From Trichomonas gallinae (Eukaryota), in the NCBI GenBank assembly GCA_008369845.1, contig MRSU01009509.1, positions 1-35,445 of the forward strand: a stretch of 35,445 bases of DNA. The letters are read 5' to 3'. The translations under genes and the position numbers were made by a program. Shown one piece after another: positions 30,102-35,445 of the stretch. A model generated the notes under the pieces. It did no database searches, had not been told where the DNA came from, and saw only the letters and a list, made by a program, of their open reading frames with translations. Position 1 is the first letter of the stretch. Each line of letters begins with the position of its first letter.

Positions 30102-32144
30102 TTAATTATACGTGATAAGATCACCTACAGAAATTTCATAATCTGTTGATTTGCAGTCGATCGAGAAGAGAGAGCCAATCTCAACTGTTCCATACTTTGC
30201 TCTTGTTTCTGATAACTTCTGGAATGGCTCAAAACACTGAGTTCCATCGTGAGGTTTGATTGTAGCCATCATGCAGATAACCCTTGGCCTCCATCTGATC
30301 ACTGGGATTCCGTTAAGCTTTAATCCGTTAAAATCAACGTTTTGTTCTTCGAATGCATTACATCCACTGAAGAAAATGTTGACTCTGAGTCTTTCCAGTT
30401 CAATTCCATCTTTCATGTATTCATAAGTTGCCTGGGAAACAGATGAGAAAGCCATGCGTCCTCCATCGCGATTTCCAACCTTCACCAAATACAAAAATCT
30501 TCCGACAATTTTGAAGAACCAATCTGCGACGAATTGTTTGTAAACAATTCCATGCTTCTTGAGTTGAGCTGGAGGATCTTCCATCTCATCAATATCATCA
30601 ATAGGCAATCTTAGTGTTTCGCCATTATCATGAACCAAAACTAGTTCATTCCCTTCGATTTTCGAAATAACCTTGCATAGTTCTGTGCATGCAGTTAAAT
30701 TCACTGTGTTTCCATCATCATTGACTAGTTTCCATGTTCTATCATATTTCATGCCTCTGTCGTTGATTGTCCATTTGCTGACTTCGAAGCCAAGTGTTCC
30801 AACAACAGGATAAACAAACAATTTCTCGATTTTAAGATCTGAGATTTTATGCTTATCATTTGATTCATTACATGGTCCTCCATTTAGGAATTGATTTTCT
30901 AATAATGAAATGATTCTATTGATATCATCTTCAGTGCTTGTTGCTCCTAATGAGAATCTTATTGTGCCTATTGGCTTCCCGTCGATGACACATTGGGAAC
31001 TAAGACAGTTTTTGTCGCCGTTGTCAGCAATTGATAAAGCAGCTTCAACGATTTCGTCGTCTTCCCAGTGCAAACCAATTGCAGCACATCCTGGATTACA
31101 GTGGCCACCGAATCTTGCAGCCACTCTGTGGATGCTGAAGCAGTATTGAACGTCATGGTGATTAATCAATTTGTTGTTTTGCGTGTAAAGATTGAACGAA
31201 AATGTTCCGCCAAAGTTTTTGTCTCTTTCGGGCTGAAACTGAATTAAACTTACACCATTTGAGTGCTTCAATCCTTTCAGCTTGACTTCTAATATATGAG
31301 ATAAGTTATAAATCCTTTGTTCGATTTCTTTTTCTGTGCCAATTTTTCGTCTGATTTTCGCACCTTCTAAAGCAATCAATAGATTTATGTATGATGGAGT
31401 TCCTGCTTCTAACTGCTGTGAAATCGAAGGAAGAAGGTCATATTTACCTGTGTGTGGACATGTGTAGTTGACAGTTCCTCCTGCAGGAAGAGGAGAAAAT
31501 GAGTTTGTTGAGGAATTTTTGATCAGTAAAATTCCACCATGAATTCCAACAAGTTTGAGAAGAGAAGCTGATACAAAATCTGGTTTGTTGGTTTCAATGG
31601 ATGGACAATATGAACATGCTGCATCCAATATTATTTTTCCTCCTTTTGATTGGAAATTTGAAATCCAATCTAGAGGATATTTTCTTCCACTGAAGTTCGA
31701 CTGTGATGGAAACGCGAAGAATGAGTCAGTAAAATCAGTTCCTTCAGGATAATCTTCAGTAACAATGATTTTAGCATTTTTTCGTGAAGCTGCTGTTCTA
31801 AGGCCGAAAACAGAGTTATGGTTGTCCATTAGATAGTAGAACTTTGTATTTTCGTTCATATTTAGAATATTTCCTAGAATTTGAAGTGAATGAGTTGTAT
31901 TTTGAGTGAAAACAACAGAATATTCTTTTGTATTCGTGCCAAACATAGAACATATGACTGATCTAAGATCTTCAATTTGATTTACTGGCTTGGATACTTG
32001 TTCTTTCGAATGAACATTTGCGAAATTATCATTAAACAACTTACTAAACATCGCATTCTGTCCACTAGCCAATGGCATTGCACCAGCATAATCCAAATAT
32101 ATTCCATTTTTCAATTGAGGATATTGTTGCAGAATAATATCCAT
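30102..32144 (-). CDS. MOCOS: Molybdenum cofactor sulfurase (NifS-like PLP domain plus MOSC)
   Basis: YLDYAG, YSVVFT.NTT, FAFPSQSNFSGRKYPLDWI, LDAA, PDFV..S..K..G (PLP lysine), R.G..CNPG, G.IR.SLG, then MOSC N-barrel L.VYPV / G..YDR.W and MOSC R.R.NI. Confidence 0.88.
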   Translation of the reverse strand: MDIILQQYPQLKNGIYLDYAGAMPLASGQNAMFSKLFNDNFANVHSKEQVSKPVNQIEDLRSVICSMFGTNTKEYSVVFTQNTTHSLQILGNILNMNENTKFYYLMDNHNSVFGLRTAASRKNAKIIVTEDYPEGTDFTDSFFAFPSQSNFSGRKYPLDWISNFQSKGGKIILDAACSYCPSIETNKPDFVSASLLKLVGIHGGILLIKNSSTNSFSPLPAGGTVNYTCPHTGKYDLLPSISQQLEAGTPSYINLLIALEGAKIRRKIGTEKEIEQRIYNLSHILEVKLKGLKHSNGVSLIQFQPERDKNFGGTFSFNLYTQNNKLINHHDVQYCFSIHRVAARFGGHCNPGCAAIGLHWEDDEIVEAALSIADNGDKNCLSSQCVIDGKPIGTIRFSLGATSTEDDINRIISLLENQFLNGGPCNESNDKHKISDLKIEKLFVYPVVGTLGFEVSKWTINDRGMKYDRTWKLVNDDGNTVNLTACTELCKVISKIEGNELVLVHDNGETLRLPIDDIDEMEDPPAQLKKHGIVYKQFVADWFFKIVGRFLYLVKVGNRDGGRMAFSSVSQATYEYMKDGIELERLRVNIFFSGCNAFEEQNVDFNGLKLNGIPVIRWRPRVICMMATIKPHDGTQCFEPFQKLSETRAKYGTVEIGSLFSIDCKSTDYEISVGDLITYN

Positions 32145-32226
32145 TTTTATGACAAAAACAACTTCAATTGTCCCTAATTTATTCAGTGGTTATACTAAAA
32201 CGTATCCGAAAAACGATCGAAAATAT

Positions 32227-32252
32227 TGACATATAAAATAGTTTATATGTCA
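32227..32252. promoter_or_regulatory. Perfect palindrome of the shared motif upstream of the Moco sulfurase gene
   Basis: TGACATATAAA-atag-TTTATATGTCA, 11-bp arms, about 83 bp upstream of ATG 32144. Confidence 0.6.
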
Positions 32253-33249
32253 GAATAATTTTGTCATGCCGAATTTAGCGCTGCGATTATCAAAGTTCTT
32301 ACTCATTTCAATCATCATAAGAGTAGGTATAGCATAACATAGTTGAGCGACGCATTACAATCTTTTTTTTTTTTGAAAATAAGGAAATTGAAGCTTTTGC
32401 TAATGGTAAAAAGTGAAAGAAATAAGATAATATATTCACTGGTAAGGTGCTCATAGCGACTGAATTGCTCTGAAAAAGAAATTTAATGTAATTTGGCTAC
32501 AGTGAACCCTGATATAATCAGTATGTAATAGGTCGTACACATATTCAATGCTTGAGCTTAAGAGTGGAAGATAAATTTATATGAAATTCCTTATTGGAAG
32601 CTTTCTGAATTTTCTAAAATAAGATTTACTCTATAAACACTCTAAAAATGAATGGAACCAAAGCTAATGCCAAAGATCCTTAATTTCAAAATGCAGATTA
32701 TATGGCTTCAATTTTAGAACGGAGAATAATCAAATTTGCACTAATTTTTTATTGTTATAATCATATATCGAATTGTTTTCTTCTAAAACCGCACAAAATG
32801 ATAATATTAAATTTATTACAATTGCTGTCACTACAAAAAATGCTTTTGTAGATAGCTAATCAAGATTACGATCAATGAACCAACTTAAACCACAGATTGT
32901 AAAGTCTAAAATTTTTATCGAACAAATTTAATCACACTTTTGTGAGTGAAAATCAAATTTTTATAATAGTGATATAGAAGCTAAAATAAGCTTTGGAAAA
33001 AAATCGACTTTAAGAAAAATATTGTTCCTCATCACATGTCAATCATGGAATTAGATAACTCGTATAAACAAATTATAACGGGTTTTAAAATTGAAATAAA
33101 TAAAACGTACTTTTCTATATAATTATTTCAATAATCGTTCCAATTCTAAGCAGACGATTTTAGCTCATCTTTATCTATTAGTTAATATTTTAAAATCAAA
33201 AATTTATTGTTTATTTTTTTAAATTTATTTTGGCTTTGTTTTTTTAATT

Positions 33250-34680
33250 ATGTCATCATGTCCAGTGGAGCACTTCAATGAGTACGAGAAGGTTACTTAT
33301 GATGACATGATGATGTCATCAAGTCTACCACAACCAATAACTATATCCAAATCGATGAAACGAGTCGTATATTATTCGCCTCTGACAATCACTCAGGCGA
33401 AAGCAGATATGGCAAAGTACTGCCTCGACAGACAATTTAAAGACTTATTTTTACGAGATAAAATTTATCGAATGAGAACTCAAAGAATGCGGTCAATGAG
33501 TGCAGCAAAACTAGAGGAATACAAGAAGAAGGAACCAGGTGTTGTTGTCAATAGGTTGTCAAGAAGGTCATTCAAAGTTGAGCAATTCGAAAAAATCAAA
33601 ATTATCGGAAGAGGCGCATTTGGCGAAGTTTGGCTTGTAAAAGACAAGTCAGATCAGCACATTTATGCCATGAAAATACTCAGAAAACGCGTTTTAATTA
33701 GAAAGAATCAAATCTTGAATACTATTGTCGAAAAAGACTTCTTGGTGCAAAATGACAACCCTTGGTCTGTTAAATTGTACTTCTCTTTTCAAGACAAGCA
33801 AAATCTCTATCTCGTTATGGAATTTTTACCGGGAGGCGATTTAATGAACTTATTAATGGCAAGAAACGTTCTTACTGAAACTGAAACAAGATTCCTCATC
33901 GCAGAAGCTGTAATGGCTATCAACAATGTTCACAAACAAGGCTTCATTCACAGAGATATCAAACCAGACAACCTGTTATTAACGAAAGATGGACACGTTA
34001 GACTTACAGACTTCGGACTCAGCACGAAAATCAACAGATACAGTGATCCAATTGTCAGTTTAATTGATAATTTAACAAGTTCTTTTTGCGAATGCATGGA
34101 AGAAAATTCAAACGATGTGGATGAATACTGCCACCAGAAAGTAAACAGACTGGTCTGCTCTGCGGTCGGAACAACTGACTACATTGCACCAGAAGTTTTG
34201 CTCAAAAAGCCTTATGGACCAAGCGTTGATTATTGGTCTGTTGGTGCCATCATGTTCGAAATGCTTTATGGTTATGCACCATTCTTATCTCAAATTCCAA
34301 AGATGACGGCTTCAAAAATTATTCAATTTGAGCAGTATCTTAATTTCCCAGCCAATCCACCAGTCTCCACAGAAGCGATCTCACTCATGCGCGGATTAAT
34401 GACCGATTCAGACCACCGCCTCACTTTCGAAGAAATCAAACAACATCCATTCTTTTACGGTGTCGACTGGGATAGCCTCATGACTTCTGAGTCACCTTGC
34501 ATCCCAGAGATCAAGAACGAGCTCGACACGTCACACTTCGACTATTTCGAGCCTTTACCAGATGAAGATAATTACACAATCGAGAACGAGCAAGAAATCG
34601 AGAATCTTGCAAGCATTGCGTTTATGGGATTCCAATATAATCGCAAGGCGTCGGAACTCTTGAAACCTTTGGTAGCATGA
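33250..34680 (+). CDS. AGC kinase, NDR/LATS family
   Basis: N-terminal regulatory segment, F..IKIIGRGAFGEVWLV, EFLPGGDLM, HRDIKPDN, long insert after DFG, SAVGTTDYIAPEV, C-terminal DTSHFD and hydrophobic motif FMGFQY. Confidence 0.92.
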   Translation: MSSCPVEHFNEYEKVTYDDMMMSSSLPQPITISKSMKRVVYYSPLTITQAKADMAKYCLDRQFKDLFLRDKIYRMRTQRMRSMSAAKLEEYKKKEPGVVVNRLSRRSFKVEQFEKIKIIGRGAFGEVWLVKDKSDQHIYAMKILRKRVLIRKNQILNTIVEKDFLVQNDNPWSVKLYFSFQDKQNLYLVMEFLPGGDLMNLLMARNVLTETETRFLIAEAVMAINNVHKQGFIHRDIKPDNLLLTKDGHVRLTDFGLSTKINRYSDPIVSLIDNLTSSFCECMEENSNDVDEYCHQKVNRLVCSAVGTTDYIAPEVLLKKPYGPSVDYWSVGAIMFEMLYGYAPFLSQIPKMTASKIIQFEQYLNFPANPPVSTEAISLMRGLMTDSDHRLTFEEIKQHPFFYGVDWDSLMTSESPCIPEIKNELDTSHFDYFEPLPDEDNYTIENEQEIENLASIAFMGFQYNRKASELLKPLVA

Positions 34681-35445
34681 AATTATTTTAATTTTTTCTA
34701 TCCTGTTTTATTAAATATTTATGTAACTCTTCATTATCCTTCTTTCCCAACCACCAATAACGAGTTTGACTCAAATTTTTTTTATTCTGGCAATAAAATC
34801 ATAAAATTACGGATTCTAACTATCGAATTCGTCATCGCATAGATAAACGCATGATAAATATCAGCAAATGGAGCTAAATCTTGCCCCTGTCATCAATTTC
34901 GAAATGTTGAGATAGGAAATGGCAAATATTTGAGGATGTAGATAGGTCATGCTGCAATCATATAAATCAATAATTCAAGCTAAAAAGTCATATCTTAAAG
35001 AATGATCAAAATCTTATCGATTACTACTGCATTTTTAGAGATATTAATTACATTAAACATCATAAAATAGTTAATTAGCTCGATAATGTATAATAACAAT
35101 GCTCACAGTAGCCAATTAACGCTTATTTATTGTTTTCGGAATAAGATTTTTTCACTAGATTTTTGTCACGTAACCAAATTTATGTCAAATAAAGTATTTT
35201 ACAAATCAAAAATTATTTACATGACAAATTATTTTCAGGACCTGTTCAAAATATTTTTCACTGTAGGCATATCTACTTATATTTTAAATTTGGGATAAAT
35301 CCATGTGAGAAGAATCTAAACTGCGTTTCAAAGTCAGGTTTGGCCAAAAATTTGATAACTCTCAGAGAATAATTCAATGAGTAGTATTGAAAAAATTGTC
35401 ACTTTTCAGACCTGACTTATGAAACAACATAGGGTTTTACTAGAA

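Noticed and set aside
32498..32517. TA-CAGTGAACCCTGATATAA resembling a pogo/Tc1 terminal repeat
   Set aside because: Only a 10-bp inverted match (near 35257), no transposase; cannot support an element.
35086..35298. 70-aa ORF
   Set aside because: Runs through the motif cluster and has non-coding composition.

Overview
AT-rich eukaryotic genomic DNA that looks like a trichomonad (Parabasalia, Trichomonas-like). Support: almost intron-free genes, TCA(C/T)(T/A) initiator elements just before ATGs, very short signal peptides, a DUF3447/ankyrin gene, expanded kinases, and a 25-nt GT...TCTAACAAACAG intron. The organism call is inference. About 16 intact genes are present: Sm/LSm protein (spliced, 5' end missed by the ORF track), histidine acid phosphatase, TKL kinase-ankyrin, RPL39 (absent from the ORF track), RRM protein, GT61-like protein, ankyrin protein, two CAMK kinases, Sec23/24-like protein, neurofibromin-like RasGAP, Wntless/TMEM181-like membrane protein, small dually acylated protein, Vti1-like SNARE, Moco sulfurase and an NDR kinase. 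There is also one frameshifted coiled-coil gene. The most striking unexplained structure is an 11-bp motif, TTTACAYGWCA. It recurs next to several gene starts as a near-helically phased array (11 copies between the divergent LSm and phosphatase genes), an exact 38-bp-period array (RPL39), a palindrome (Moco sulfurase) and a rearranged 20-bp-period array (Sec23/24-like). All family assignments come from remembered motifs, not database searches.
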